Assembly (NCBI GenBank): GCA_013152925.1
Contig: JAADFK010000037.1
Coordinates: 12,076 to 76,075 of the forward strand
Direction of reading: 5' to 3'
From: Acidobacteriota bacterium
GTDB taxonomy: Bacteria; Acidobacteriota; Thermoanaerobaculia; Thermoanaerobaculales; Sulfomarinibacteraceae
Length of the DNA: 64,000 bases
Positions within the stretch are counted from its first letter, which is position 1, and each line of letters begins with the position of its first letter. Made by a program: the position numbers and the translations under genes. Of the stretch, positions 9,294 to 19,467 are shown in pieces. The notes under the pieces were generated by a model, which did not search any database, was not told the origin of the DNA, and was given only the letters and a program-made list of their open reading frames with translations.

Positions 9294-10571
9294 ATGATTT
9301 TCAGGACCACCAAGGACAGACGCGGCGTTCGGCTCGCCATCATCCTCGCGGTGACTGTGGCCGTGGCCGTGGAGGGCCTCGACGCGGGAGGTTGGGCGCT
9401 GTGGAGGGATCTGATGGTCACGGCCAGGGAACGGCCGGCCGAAGGATGCCGGGTCCTGCTGTCCACGGCACTGCTGGCCGGGCCGCCGGCGGCGGAATGG
9501 GCCAGAACCATCACGGCCGGTCCGCTGATGCGGAAGGCCGGTCAGTGTGGACTGGAGGCCGTGGCCCGTGCCGCCTGGGCTCTCCGGCGATGGACGCCGG
9601 TCGATCCCGCCGGTTGGACCCTGGGCGCCAGGGCCGAGCTGGCCGCCGGCCGGCTCGACAAAGGAATGGGGCTTCTGCGGGCGGCGTTGCAGCGGAACCC
9701 CACCTCACCCTACCTCCACCGGTTGATGGCCTTGCTGGACATGAACCTCGGTGACTACGATGGGGCGCTGCAATCGTTGGCCGATGCCGAGGGCCTGGCG
9801 CCGGGCTACCGGATCCCGCCGGTCGAGGTTCTGCCCGGAGACGATGAGTGGATCGCCATCGAAGGACTTCGCCGTCGCGCCGCGCTCTATCCGCGCCACC
9901 GGCAGGACGCGCTGCTGGCACTGGCCTCCAAGCTGTGGTCGCTTGGGCGGCGGGACGAGGCCCGCGAGGTGCTCGCGCCGTTGCGGGACCGGCCCGTAGT
10001 CCTCATGACCCGTGCGCGATGGGCCCTGGAGGATGGTGATCCCCGCATGGCGGTCCGGCTGATGAGGCCCGTTGCGGAACGTTCCGCCTACCCCCGGAGG
10101 ATCCGGAGCAGGGCCTACAGCCTGCTGGCGCGGGCGCTCGAGGCTGAAGGCGAGAGTGAGCGGGCGATGAAGACGGCGAGGAAGGCCGTCATGCTCGACC
10201 CCAACTCCCCCGAGCCCTACCTGGCATTGTCCCGCCTGGCCCGCCGGCGTGGTGACACCGAGGCGGCCCTGCAGTATATCCGCTCGGCCTGGGGCGTCGC
10301 CCCCTCGGACGTCAGGGTGCTCCTGGAGGTCGCTTCCACGGCTGAGGCGGCCGGCGCGTATTCCGATGCCCGCCTGGCCCTGGAACGGGCGGAGAAGCTG
10401 GCCCCGGATCGAGTCGATGTGGGCGTACGCCTCGCCGGGTACCTGCTCCGCCGCGGGGAGTACATGAACGCGGCCCTGGTGCTTTCGCGCCAGCTGGATC
10501 GCCATCCCATGGAGCCCCGGCTGATCGCCCTGGCCGCCCGCCTCCAGGGGAAGACGTCCCGGCGGCGATAG
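9294..10571 (+). CDS. TPR-repeat protein with N-terminal membrane anchor/signal
   Basis: ORF 9228..10571 trimmed to ATG 9294, preceded by GGGAGG. Start reads MIFRTTKDRRGVRLAIILAVTVAVAV, followed by repeated A/L/Y/P-rich 34-aa-like TPR units. Confidence 0.75.
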   Translation: MIFRTTKDRRGVRLAIILAVTVAVAVEGLDAGGWALWRDLMVTARERPAEGCRVLLSTALLAGPPAAEWARTITAGPLMRKAGQCGLEAVARAAWALRRWTPVDPAGWTLGARAELAAGRLDKGMGLLRAALQRNPTSPYLHRLMALLDMNLGDYDGALQSLADAEGLAPGYRIPPVEVLPGDDEWIAIEGLRRRAALYPRHRQDALLALASKLWSLGRRDEAREVLAPLRDRPVVLMTRARWALEDGDPRMAVRLMRPVAERSAYPRRIRSRAYSLLARALEAEGESERAMKTARKAVMLDPNSPEPYLALSRLARRRGDTEAALQYIRSAWGVAPSDVRVLLEVASTAEAAGAYSDARLALERAEKLAPDRVDVGVRLAGYLLRRGEYMNAALVLSRQLDRHPMEPRLIALAARLQGKTSRRR

Positions 10572-10713
10572 GCGTCCGGATTCCCGGGACCTCCGGCGGT
10601 TCGAGCAGGGAGGTGAAGTTGCGGGGATGCTGTGCCAAGGGACACGGGGGAGGAACCGGGGGGCCGTGGCGAGAGACGACTGGCCGAGACCCGGCCACCT
10701 CGGGAAGCTGATT

Positions 10714-11442
10714 TCAGGACGGATCGTGATCGTCGCGCCTGGCGCGGTCCGAGGCCCAGAGGGTCTGGCGGCAGATACCGTGAAGGATCGTCACCTCCTC
10801 CCCGGTGACGCCGGCCCGCCCCAGGAGCCGCCGGAGCTTGCGCAGAATCCGTTCCGGGTTGACCGGGTCCAGGAAGCCGATGTCGAGAAGGGCCTCCTTC
10901 ATGTGGGCCATCAACGCCTCCATCGCCGCGTTGGTGGCCAGGTTGGAGGAGGTGGCCGGCGCGGGTTGGGTGGCGATGGTGAGGTGGCCCAGGAGAATCG
11001 CGATGGACTGGGCGAGGTTGAGCACCGGGAAGGCGCCGGCGGTGGGGATCCGAACCACGAGGTCGCAGCGGTCGAGGTCCTCGCGGCGAAGCCCGCGGGT
11101 TTCGTTCCCGAAGACCAGGGCGGTTCCGCCGGGCGTCCGGTCCTCGAGCTCCCGGACGAGCTCTGCCGGCCCGATGACCGGGAGGTTCTTCCGCCCCCGG
11201 CCCGAGGCCGTGCCGATGACGGTCGTAAAGGGGGCCGCCGCCTCCGGGAGCGAGGGCGCCGTGACGATCTCCAGGTGCTCCTGGGCGCCGCAGGCCCACC
11301 GGAGGACGGATTCGTCCGCGGGCGTGGCGCCGGGCCGGACCAGGATCAGCCGGGGGACACCGAAGTTCGCCGCCGCGCGCATGGCGGCCCCGAGGTTCCC
11401 CGGGGCCGAGGTCTCGACGAGGATCACGGCGGCGCATGGCAT
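10714..11442 (-). CDS. trmJ: SpoU/TrmH-family tRNA 2'-O-methyltransferase, TrmJ-like
   Basis: VILVETSAPGNLGAAMRAAANFGVPRLILVRP ... ALVFGNETRGL ... IPTAGAFPVLNLAQSIAILL. These are the SPOUT motifs, plus a C-terminal extension as in TrmJ. Confidence 0.8.
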   Translation of the reverse strand: MPCAAVILVETSAPGNLGAAMRAAANFGVPRLILVRPGATPADESVLRWACGAQEHLEIVTAPSLPEAAAPFTTVIGTASGRGRKNLPVIGPAELVRELEDRTPGGTALVFGNETRGLRREDLDRCDLVVRIPTAGAFPVLNLAQSIAILLGHLTIATQPAPATSSNLATNAAMEALMAHMKEALLDIGFLDPVNPERILRKLRRLLGRAGVTGEEVTILHGICRQTLWASDRARRDDHDPS

Positions 11443-11731
11443 CGTGGGTTATAGTAACGGGGAATCATCTCCTTTGCCGAGGCGAGTGGAGGATCGAGGG
11501 GAATGCAGGGCCGTGCGGCCCGTAATGGATTAGGGAGCACACCACCGGAAAGGGACACGAGGTGATGGAAGCAACCACCGATCTCAGCGGCCCGGGGCGC
11601 TCCGGCCCCGGCGCCCGTACCGGACGGCGAGGCGGTTCGTACGCCGGTGGGACCATACCGGTGCGGGGAGGGCGGGGGATCCGCAGGAACGGTGTCACGG
11701 CGGTGTTCCCGAGAATCGCAGGTGCCGTACG

Positions 11732-13708
11732 ATGATCATCCCCATCGGGCAAACGGATTCGGCGGTCCGGCGCCTCCCCTGGGTGACCTTCGGGATCATG
11801 ATCCTCTGCTTCCTGGTGTTCGTCGGCACCCTTGGACCAACACACACCTTGCAACGCCGGGCGGCGGAGAGCCTCGGCGACGCGATCCGGTACTGGACGC
11901 AGCACCCCTACCTGGAGCCCGGGGAACGCATGAAGAGCATGCTGAGCGGCGGCGCAGCCGACAAGGAGCAGGTCCTTCGGGAGCTCGTGCGCCAGTTCGG
12001 GAAGAAGCCGCCGGCCTCCAGGGAACAGCGGCGCAGGGAACAGGCCCACCTGGACCGGCTCGTCGATCGCGGTTTCTCGCTCCTGCACCAGGTTCCCGCC
12101 TTCCGGTACGGTCTGATCCCGGCCCACCCCAGGGCCTTCGCGTACCTCACCTACATGTTCATGCACGGCGGGTGGATGCACCTTCTGGGCAACCTCTTCA
12201 TCCTCTTCCTGACGGGGCCGTTCCTCGAAGACGCCTGGGGAAGACCGCTCTTTGCCGCCCTGTACCTGGCGTCCGGGGTGTTCTCGGCCTTCATGTTCGC
12301 CGCGCACTATCCTCACCTGCAGGGGCCGCTGATCGGTGCGTCGGGCGCCATCGCCGGCGTCATGGGGGCGTTCCTCGTTCGATTCTGGGCACGGAGAATC
12401 CGGTTTTTCTACTGGTTCTTCTTCGTGTTTCACGGCACCTTTGAGGCCCCCGCCTGGCTGATGCTCGGTTTGTGGCTTCTTCGCGAGCTGACCTTCGCCC
12501 AGGCCGTGGATGCCATGGCACCGGGAAGCGGAGGCGGGGGGACGGCCCACTGGGCCCACGTCTGGGGGTTCGTCTTCGGGCTCGCCGTCGCTGCGGGCGT
12601 CAAGCGCTTTGCCATCGAGGAGCGCTTCATTCACCCGGCCATCGAGGCCAAGATCACGGTTGTGGACAACCAGCCGATCGAGCGCGCCATGGAGGTCCAC
12701 GGCGCCGGCGACCATGACCGGGCGCTGGAGCTGCTGGAGGCCGAGGTCCGCCGCGATCCGGGAAACGTCGATGCCGAGCTGGCCCTTTGGAACATGGCCG
12801 TGGAGCTCGGCCGCGGCCAGGAGAAGGCCGAGCATGCACGCCGCCTGATCCGGAGGTACCTCCGTTCAGGGAACAACGAGGCGGCCGTGGCGGTGTGGTC
12901 GGAGCTCCTTGGCAGCGCTCCGGGCGAACGGCTGGATCCGGCCTCGGCCGCCGGAGTCGCCAGGGCTCTGGCCGAGGCCGGCCGCCTGGAGGAGGCCGAC
13001 CGGGCACTCGAGTCGCTGGCGCGTGGAGACACCGGCGAGATGCCCCCGGGGCCCCTGATCCGCGGCACGCGTCTGGCCATCGAGAACCGTCTGCCGACGG
13101 CCCGGCTGCTCCTTTCGCGGCTGGCGGAGAACCCTGGAGCTCCGCAAGAGACGCTCGCGGAGCTGGAAGCCGCCGCGGCGGACCTTCCGGAGGCTCCGGC
13201 GGCGGCCGGCGACGGGGCATCCTCCACGCCAGCCGGGATAGTGGACCCCCTGCCGGGGGAGGACGACGCCCCGGCCACCGGGGTGGAGCACACGTTACAG
13301 ATCATGCAGGCCGTGCCCGTGGGGCTCGATGGAGACGTCGTGGTGCTGAGGGTGGGGGAGAAAGAACGCAGGCTGCGCCTGGATTACCTCAAGGTGGTGG
13401 CGGCCGCCGCCGTACCCGGTCCGAGCGGCAATCCAACGGTGCTGGTCGACCTCCTCCTCGATGCGCCGTGGGAAGACCGGCGGGTCCTGCGGGCCGTCCG
13501 TCTTCTCGGCACCACCTTCGATCCGCGGACGCTGATTCCCGGCGAGTCACCCGTGGAGTCGCTGCGGCAGTTCCTGACCCACCTGATCGGCTGGAGCGGC
13601 GCGACACCCCTCCCCGATCCCGAGAGCGCCCGCGGCCGCCCTTTCAGGAGGTTCGGCTCCATCACCGAGTACGAACGGGAAGTCCTCGGGGTTGGCCGGG
13701 ACGCTTGA
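11732..13708 (+). CDS. rhomboid-family intramembrane serine protease with long C-terminal TPR-like/soluble extension
   Basis: YLTYMFMHGGWMHLLGNLFILF ... GASGAIAGVMGAFL (rhomboid HxxxN and GxSG motifs). About 380 further residues follow. Confidence 0.85.
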   Translation: MIIPIGQTDSAVRRLPWVTFGIMILCFLVFVGTLGPTHTLQRRAAESLGDAIRYWTQHPYLEPGERMKSMLSGGAADKEQVLRELVRQFGKKPPASREQRRREQAHLDRLVDRGFSLLHQVPAFRYGLIPAHPRAFAYLTYMFMHGGWMHLLGNLFILFLTGPFLEDAWGRPLFAALYLASGVFSAFMFAAHYPHLQGPLIGASGAIAGVMGAFLVRFWARRIRFFYWFFFVFHGTFEAPAWLMLGLWLLRELTFAQAVDAMAPGSGGGGTAHWAHVWGFVFGLAVAAGVKRFAIEERFIHPAIEAKITVVDNQPIERAMEVHGAGDHDRALELLEAEVRRDPGNVDAELALWNMAVELGRGQEKAEHARRLIRRYLRSGNNEAAVAVWSELLGSAPGERLDPASAAGVARALAEAGRLEEADRALESLARGDTGEMPPGPLIRGTRLAIENRLPTARLLLSRLAENPGAPQETLAELEAAAADLPEAPAAAGDGASSTPAGIVDPLPGEDDAPATGVEHTLQIMQAVPVGLDGDVVVLRVGEKERRLRLDYLKVVAAAAVPGPSGNPTVLVDLLLDAPWEDRRVLRAVRLLGTTFDPRTLIPGESPVESLRQFLTHLIGWSGATPLPDPESARGRPFRRFGSITEYEREVLGVGRDA

Positions 13709-13774
13709 TGAGCGGTCTGCCGTACGACAGGAAACACCTCACGGTGCCCCCTGCGCTCTCATGAACCGTCCGGA

Positions 13775-14344
13775 TCACCGCTGGCCGAGCAGCTCGCGTT
13801 CGGAAAACACCTCCGCGGAGAACACCTGGATTCGGATGTCCGGATCGCGCCAGCAGCCGGCGGGCAGGCCGGCTTTCCGGCAGGTGTGGTCGAGAAAGGT
13901 CTGGAGGTCCCACCCGTGCTCGATGGGTACCTGCGGCAGGAGCAGGCCCCGGTAGGGCCCGCGTTCGATCATGACGCCGTGTTCCCCCACGCGGACGTCC
14001 TCCGCGGAGGCCACGGGCCGGAGCGGCGTCAGGGCCGAGATCTCGATCTCCACCTGGGGCAGCTCCGTGGCCTCGAGGGGCGGAAAGCGGGGATCGTGCA
14101 AGGCGGCGTTGAGCGCGTTGTCCCGAACGGATTGCCACAGCGGCTCGATACCGACCACGTGGCCGATACATCCACGGAGCTCGTTGCCCTTCGTCAGAGT
14201 GACGAAGGCACCCCTCGGTTCCGTTAACGGCCCCCGCGGGACCTCCGGTGCCGGGAGCGGCTCGCCGGCCAGGCGGCGTTCGATTGTCTGCCGCGCCAGG
14301 CGGAGCAGGAAGACCTTGTCGCGGGTTCCCAGGTCCGACGCCAT
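13775..14344 (-). CDS. AMMECR1-domain protein (AmmeMemoRadiSam system protein A-like)
   Basis: 189 aa. GAFVTLTKGNELRGCIGHV ... AALHDPRFPPL ... GLLLPQV are classic AMMECR1 motifs. Confidence 0.85.
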   Translation of the reverse strand: MASDLGTRDKVFLLRLARQTIERRLAGEPLPAPEVPRGPLTEPRGAFVTLTKGNELRGCIGHVVGIEPLWQSVRDNALNAALHDPRFPPLEATELPQVEIEISALTPLRPVASAEDVRVGEHGVMIERGPYRGLLLPQVPIEHGWDLQTFLDHTCRKAGLPAGCWRDPDIRIQVFSAEVFSERELLGQR

Positions 14345-14409
14345 GTTGCCTCCTCCTACTGCACCACGATGGAGTCGCGCAGGGCGGTTGTCAATGGTCC
14401 CGGTGCGTC

Positions 14410-17400
14410 TCAGATCGTGACGCTCTCCACGGTGTCGCGGCCGCCGCGTTTGGCCCGGTACAGGGCCTCGTCGGCCATGCGGATCAGCTCGGTGGAGCTC
14501 GATTGGCCCGACGGGATGGTCGATGCGACGCCGATGCTGATGGTCAGGATCGAGTCCCTGGGCGACCCCCGGTGCTCGATGCCGGCCGCCCGGACGGCCA
14601 GGCGAAGCTCGTGCGCCAGACCGGCAGCGGCGTCCGGCGGGACGTTGGGAAGGACGATGCTGAACTCCTCGCCACCGTAGCGCGCGATCCTGTCGGTGGC
14701 GCGGCGAAGACGCTGGCTCATGATGGATGCCACCTCGATCAGTGCGGCATCTCCGGCCTGGTGGCCGTGGGTGTCGTTGTACGCCTTAAAGTGATCGATG
14801 TCGATCATCAACACCGAGAGCCACAGGCTGTCCCGGCGGCAGTGCGCCCACTCGGCGGCGGAGACCTCGTCGAAGGAACGGCGGTTGGCCACACCCGTCA
14901 GTGGGTCCAGCCTGGCCAGCTCCTGGAGGCGGCGGTTGGCCGCCTCCAGCTGGTCGCTTGTTCGCCGAAGGTCCTGCGTCGCCTCGGCGACCTTGATCTC
15001 GAGCTCCCGGGCCCGGCGTTGGTGTCCTCGGATCCTCGCCCGGGCCACCGTGAACACCAGGAAGATCGCGGCGGCGAACAGCAGGAGGTAGAAGGCGGGA
15101 CGCTGCACCAGGCGCGGACGCACCTCGAGCAGGAGGGGATTCGAGGGCGGCCCCCAGCGGCCGTCAGCGCCTCCCCGCACGACGAACTGGTAGTGTCCGG
15201 GCGGGAGGTGGTCGAAATAGGCGGCCCGGCGTGGACCGGCGTCGACCCAATCATCGTGAAGCCCCCGGACGCGGTACTGGAATCTCAGGCTTGCAGGGTT
15301 GCGGAAGAAGAGGACGGTGTAATCGATTTCCAGGGGGGGAGCACCCGGTCGCAGGACGAGTGGTTTCTTGGTCCGGGGGACGGCGCGGTCACCGAGGTGC
15401 ACGGCTTCCAGTATGGCGGGAAGCGCCGGCGGGGGCCAGGGGGTCCTGTCCGGATCGAGGGAGACGACGCCCTTTGGGGTCGGGAACCACAGGGAGCCGT
15501 CGCGGGCCCTCCAGCCCGAGGGCTGGCTACCCCCGTTGCACTCGGCGGTCGGCATCCCGTCCGCCTGGCCGAAGACCTTGGAGGCCACCTCCGGGATCTC
15601 TCCCAGGGCGCACCGGCGTGCCTGCTCCCGGGAAACCCGGAAGATCCCACGGTTGCAGCTCATCCAGAGGTTTGCTGCATCGTCCTCGAGAATCCGGTAG
15701 ACGGTGTCATCGAAGAGCCCCTGGGCCGTTGTGACGCAACCGAGCTTCCCGGCCTCGAGAAGACAGAGGCCGGACCCCATGGTGGCCAGCCACAGGCCGC
15801 CGTGTGCCCCCTCGTGAATATCTACCACGGAGACATTGGAGAGCGCTTCAGTTCCACGGGGTCGGAAAACCACGGAATCGCGAACGCGGACGACACCACC
15901 GCCGGTCAGGCCGGCCCACAGCACGCCGTCTTCGGTGCGGTGCACGCAGCGCACCAGGTTCGAGGGAAGACCGGAACGGGTGGACACGATGGAGAGAACC
16001 CGATCCCGAAAATGCACGAGGCCACCGCCGTACGTCCCTATCCAGACGCCGCCATGACCGTCACCCTCCAGTGACCAGATCGTGTCCACCGGCAGCCCGT
16101 CCCGGGTGGTCCACGAGTCGAGGTGGCCCTTCCAGAGACGGTAAAGACCCTCCTCGTAGGTGCCGATCCAGAGGGCGCCGGCGGGGTCCTCGTACAGCGC
16201 GAAGATATCCTTGGCCCGGAGGCGCACCAGTGGCTCCAGCTTCCGGGTCTCCCCGGTCCCTGGGAGCAGCCGGAACAGGCCGTGGCCGCTGGTTCCGATC
16301 CACATGGTTCCGGCGCGGTCTTCCAGCACGACGCGCGCCATGAGGGGTGCCGTGCCGTTCCCCGCCCCCCACACGCCGAAGAGACTGTCCCCCAGCCTGA
16401 TCAGGCCGCTCCGTTGCGTGCCGATCCACAGGTTGCCCTCCCGGTCTTCGAGAATGGCAAGGATGTTATCCCCGTGGAGGCTGGTTCGGGTCGAGCTCCC
16501 GGTGACGGTGCGGCCTCGGACCCGGTCCAGTCCCTCCGAGGTCCCGACCCAGAGGTTCCCCTCACGGTCCTCCCCCAGGGACAGGACCCTGTTGGAGCTC
16601 AATCCGTTCTTCTCCGTCAGGACCCCGGTGAGCAAGCCCTCGTGGTCGAGGCGGGCCAGCCCGCCGCCGAAGGTCCCGGCCCAGATGGCGCCTTTCCGAT
16701 CCTCGTGGAGCGCCCAGATGGTGTTGTGGGGAACACGGTCCGGCGCACGTAGCCACGTCAGCCGGTCCCCGGACCGAAGCATGGCCAGGCCGTGGCCCTC
16801 CGTCCCGACCCAGATCGTGCCGTCGGAGGATTCCAACAGGACGAGGATGCGATCTCCCGCGAACCCAGGTACCTCCTCGATGGTGGTGAGGTCATCGGCG
16901 CCGGTGCGCAGGAGACCGTTGCCGCGGGTGCCGATCCAGACGCGCCCCTTTCGATCCTGGAGGAGGGAACGGACCAGGAGAGTCTGCATCCCCGGTCCAT
17001 GTCCGATCCGCTGGAAGCTGCCGTCGGGGAGGCGGTGGACAAGGCCTCCGGCACGCATGCCAACCAGGAGCTCGCCGTTCCGCACGGTGAGAATCGAGGT
17101 GACGTTGTTGGCCGGGAGCGCGGGGTTTGTCGTGCGGTTGAAGACGGTGAAGCGGACCCCGTCGAAGCGGGCCAGGCCCTCCTGCGTGGCGATCCAGAGG
17201 TAGCCACGCGAATCCTGGACGATGGCTTGTGGCGAGCTCTGGGGAAGGCCGTCGGCCGTGTCCCACTGTTGCTCGGTGTAGTGACGGATGGGAACGGAGG
17301 GATCGAGAGCGCCGGCGGTGTGGGAGATCAGCAGGGTCCCGAACACGGCCACCGCGACGACGGATGGCAAAGAACGGAGTCGAAGGAAGCGCCCGGGGAG

Positions 17401-17412
17401 GTTCACGGACAT
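14410..17412 (-). CDS. sensor diguanylate cyclase (periplasmic beta-propeller repeats + Y_Y_Y-like region + TM + GGDEF)
   Basis: 1000 aa. Repeated G-LW(I/V)GT propeller units, a TM segment FYLLLFAAAIFLVFTV, a coiled coil, then RATDRIARYGGEEF (RxxD I-site + GGEEF). Confidence 0.9.
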   Translation of the reverse strand: MSVNLPGRFLRLRSLPSVVAVAVFGTLLISHTAGALDPSVPIRHYTEQQWDTADGLPQSSPQAIVQDSRGYLWIATQEGLARFDGVRFTVFNRTTNPALPANNVTSILTVRNGELLVGMRAGGLVHRLPDGSFQRIGHGPGMQTLLVRSLLQDRKGRVWIGTRGNGLLRTGADDLTTIEEVPGFAGDRILVLLESSDGTIWVGTEGHGLAMLRSGDRLTWLRAPDRVPHNTIWALHEDRKGAIWAGTFGGGLARLDHEGLLTGVLTEKNGLSSNRVLSLGEDREGNLWVGTSEGLDRVRGRTVTGSSTRTSLHGDNILAILEDREGNLWIGTQRSGLIRLGDSLFGVWGAGNGTAPLMARVVLEDRAGTMWIGTSGHGLFRLLPGTGETRKLEPLVRLRAKDIFALYEDPAGALWIGTYEEGLYRLWKGHLDSWTTRDGLPVDTIWSLEGDGHGGVWIGTYGGGLVHFRDRVLSIVSTRSGLPSNLVRCVHRTEDGVLWAGLTGGGVVRVRDSVVFRPRGTEALSNVSVVDIHEGAHGGLWLATMGSGLCLLEAGKLGCVTTAQGLFDDTVYRILEDDAANLWMSCNRGIFRVSREQARRCALGEIPEVASKVFGQADGMPTAECNGGSQPSGWRARDGSLWFPTPKGVVSLDPDRTPWPPPALPAILEAVHLGDRAVPRTKKPLVLRPGAPPLEIDYTVLFFRNPASLRFQYRVRGLHDDWVDAGPRRAAYFDHLPPGHYQFVVRGGADGRWGPPSNPLLLEVRPRLVQRPAFYLLLFAAAIFLVFTVARARIRGHQRRARELEIKVAEATQDLRRTSDQLEAANRRLQELARLDPLTGVANRRSFDEVSAAEWAHCRRDSLWLSVLMIDIDHFKAYNDTHGHQAGDAALIEVASIMSQRLRRATDRIARYGGEEFSIVLPNVPPDAAAGLAHELRLAVRAAGIEHRGSPRDSILTISIGVASTIPSGQSSSTELIRMADEALYRAKRGGRDTVESVTI

Positions 17413-17510
17413 ATTCTCTCACGGCGGATCGCCCGGCTGACCTCGGGCGCCTGGATCCGGCTGGTATAACCTGTGGGCCGGTGTTCCGTACACCGGACGG
17501 AGGAGGTTCC

Positions 17511-19445
17511 ATGAAGAAACGGATCCATACGGTTGTGATCATTCTCGCCATCCTGGCGGTTGCCGGAGCGGCGGCGGCCCGGGATACGAAGGACAGCGAG
17601 ACGGCACGCTACGTACGCTCCCACTACACCAAGTTCGAGTACCGCGTTCCCATGCGGGATGGGATTCGGCTGTTCACGGCGGTCTACATTCCCAACGACA
17701 TGTCGAAGACCTACCCGATCCTGATGATGCGGACTCCCTACTCCGTGGCGCCCTACGGCGCCGACCGGTACAAGGACTCTCTGGGGCCCTCGAAGGCCTT
17801 CGCCCGGGAGGGCTACATCTTCGTCTACCAGGACGTGCGGGGGCGTTTCATGTCCGGGGGCCGCTTCGTCAACATGCGTCCCGAGGATGCCTGGGAGAGG
17901 GGCGGAAACGCGGTGGACGAAAGCACCGACACCTGGGATACCATCGACTGGTTGATCCACCACATCAAGGGCAACAACGGTAAGGTCGGGATCTGGGGGA
18001 TCTCCTACCCCGGTTTCTACGCCTCCTGCGGCATGATCCACTCCCACCCGGCTCTCAAGGCCGTCTCGCCCCAGGCGCCCATCGCCGACTGGTTCTGGGA
18101 CGACATGCACAGAAACGGCGCCTTCAACGTGGTGCTGGCCTTTGATTTCTTCTCCGTCTTCGGCCGTCCGCGGCAGGGGCCGACCACCGAATGGCCCGAA
18201 CACCTGGAGATGGGGACTTCGGACGCCTACGATTTCTTCCTGGACCTCGGGCCGCTCGCCAACGCCAACGAGCGTTTCTTTCACCACGAGATCCCGTTCT
18301 GGGACCAGGTGGCGGCACATCCCAACTACGACGAGCTCTGGCGCTCCCGCAACATCCTGCCCCATCTGAGGAACGTCAAGGCGGCGGTCATGGTGGTGGG
18401 TGGGCTGTTCGACACGGAGGACCTCTACGGCCCACTGGCAACCTACCGTGCGGTCGAGCGGCAGAATCCCGGCATTGACAACGTGCTGGTGATGGGGCCG
18501 TGGCGGCATGGCGGCTGGGCCTGGACCAGTGGGGAAGATCTTGGCGAGGAGAGCTTCGGCTTCGCCACGGCGAAATGGTTCCGGAAGAACGTCGAGCTGC
18601 CCTTCTTCCGGCACTATCTCAAGGATGGGCCCGCGCCGCATCAACCCGAGGCTCTCGTTTTCGAGACCGGCGCCGACCGCTGGCGGGAGCTCGATCGCTG
18701 GCCGCCGCGCGCCACGACGACGTTACTCTACCTGGGGGAGGGACACGCCCTTTCCTGGACTCGCCCGGATCCGGAAGGCGAGGCCTGGGACCAGTACGTC
18801 AGCGACCCATCCAAGCCCGTTCCCTATACCGAGGAGATCACCACGGGGTGGTCCGCCTCCTACATGACCGAGGATCAGCGCTTCGCAGGACGGCGGCCCG
18901 ACGTGCTGGTCTACACCAGCGAGCCGCTCGAGGACGACCTGACGGTGGCCGGGCCGGTCATGGCGGATCTGTGGGTCAGCACCTCCGGGGGCGACTCCGA
19001 CTGGATCGTCAAGATCATCGACGTCCAGCCGACGAAGGAGCCCCGCTGGTCCAACTGCGGCCACGGTTGGGGAGAGGAGCACAAGGACAGGACGGCGGGC
19101 GTGCAGCGCCTCGTCCGTGCCGAGGCGTTCCGCGGCAGGTTCCGCAACAGCTTCGAACATCCCGAGCCCTTCACGCCCGACGAGCCGACCCACATCCGGT
19201 ACGAGCTTCACGACATCTTCCATACCTTTCTCAAGGGTCACCGCATCATGATCCAGATTCAGAGCACCTGGTTCCCCTTCATCGACCGGAACCCCGGCAG
19301 CTGGGTGGACAACATCTTCGAGGCCAAGGCCAAGGACTTCATACCGGTTACCAACAGGGTGTACCGTTCGGCAAAACACCCAAGCGCCGTGGAGCTGCGG
19401 ATACTCCGGGGCCAGGGAGAGGAAGAGCAACACGCCACAAAGTGA
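17511..19445 (+). CDS. CocE/NonD-family (S15 X-Pro dipeptidyl-peptidase-like) hydrolase, secreted
   Basis: ORF 17229..19445 trimmed to ATG 17511 after GGAGGAGG. Signal peptide MKKRIHTVVIILAILAVAGAAAA. Contains RTPY ... GISYPG nucleophile-elbow context and a C-terminal beta-sandwich region. Confidence 0.88.
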   Translation: MKKRIHTVVIILAILAVAGAAAARDTKDSETARYVRSHYTKFEYRVPMRDGIRLFTAVYIPNDMSKTYPILMMRTPYSVAPYGADRYKDSLGPSKAFAREGYIFVYQDVRGRFMSGGRFVNMRPEDAWERGGNAVDESTDTWDTIDWLIHHIKGNNGKVGIWGISYPGFYASCGMIHSHPALKAVSPQAPIADWFWDDMHRNGAFNVVLAFDFFSVFGRPRQGPTTEWPEHLEMGTSDAYDFFLDLGPLANANERFFHHEIPFWDQVAAHPNYDELWRSRNILPHLRNVKAAVMVVGGLFDTEDLYGPLATYRAVERQNPGIDNVLVMGPWRHGGWAWTSGEDLGEESFGFATAKWFRKNVELPFFRHYLKDGPAPHQPEALVFETGADRWRELDRWPPRATTTLLYLGEGHALSWTRPDPEGEAWDQYVSDPSKPVPYTEEITTGWSASYMTEDQRFAGRRPDVLVYTSEPLEDDLTVAGPVMADLWVSTSGGDSDWIVKIIDVQPTKEPRWSNCGHGWGEEHKDRTAGVQRLVRAEAFRGRFRNSFEHPEPFTPDEPTHIRYELHDIFHTFLKGHRIMIQIQSTWFPFIDRNPGSWVDNIFEAKAKDFIPVTNRVYRSAKHPSAVELRILRGQGEEEQHATK

Positions 19446-19467
19446 CACGGGTGCACAGGCTTCCGGG

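Noticed and set aside
13775-14344. AMMECR1 gene as part of an AmmeMemoRadiSam three-gene system
   Set aside because: The Memo-like and radical-SAM partners are not adjacent; the neighbours are a rhomboid protease and a GGDEF sensor. Only the single gene can be supported here.
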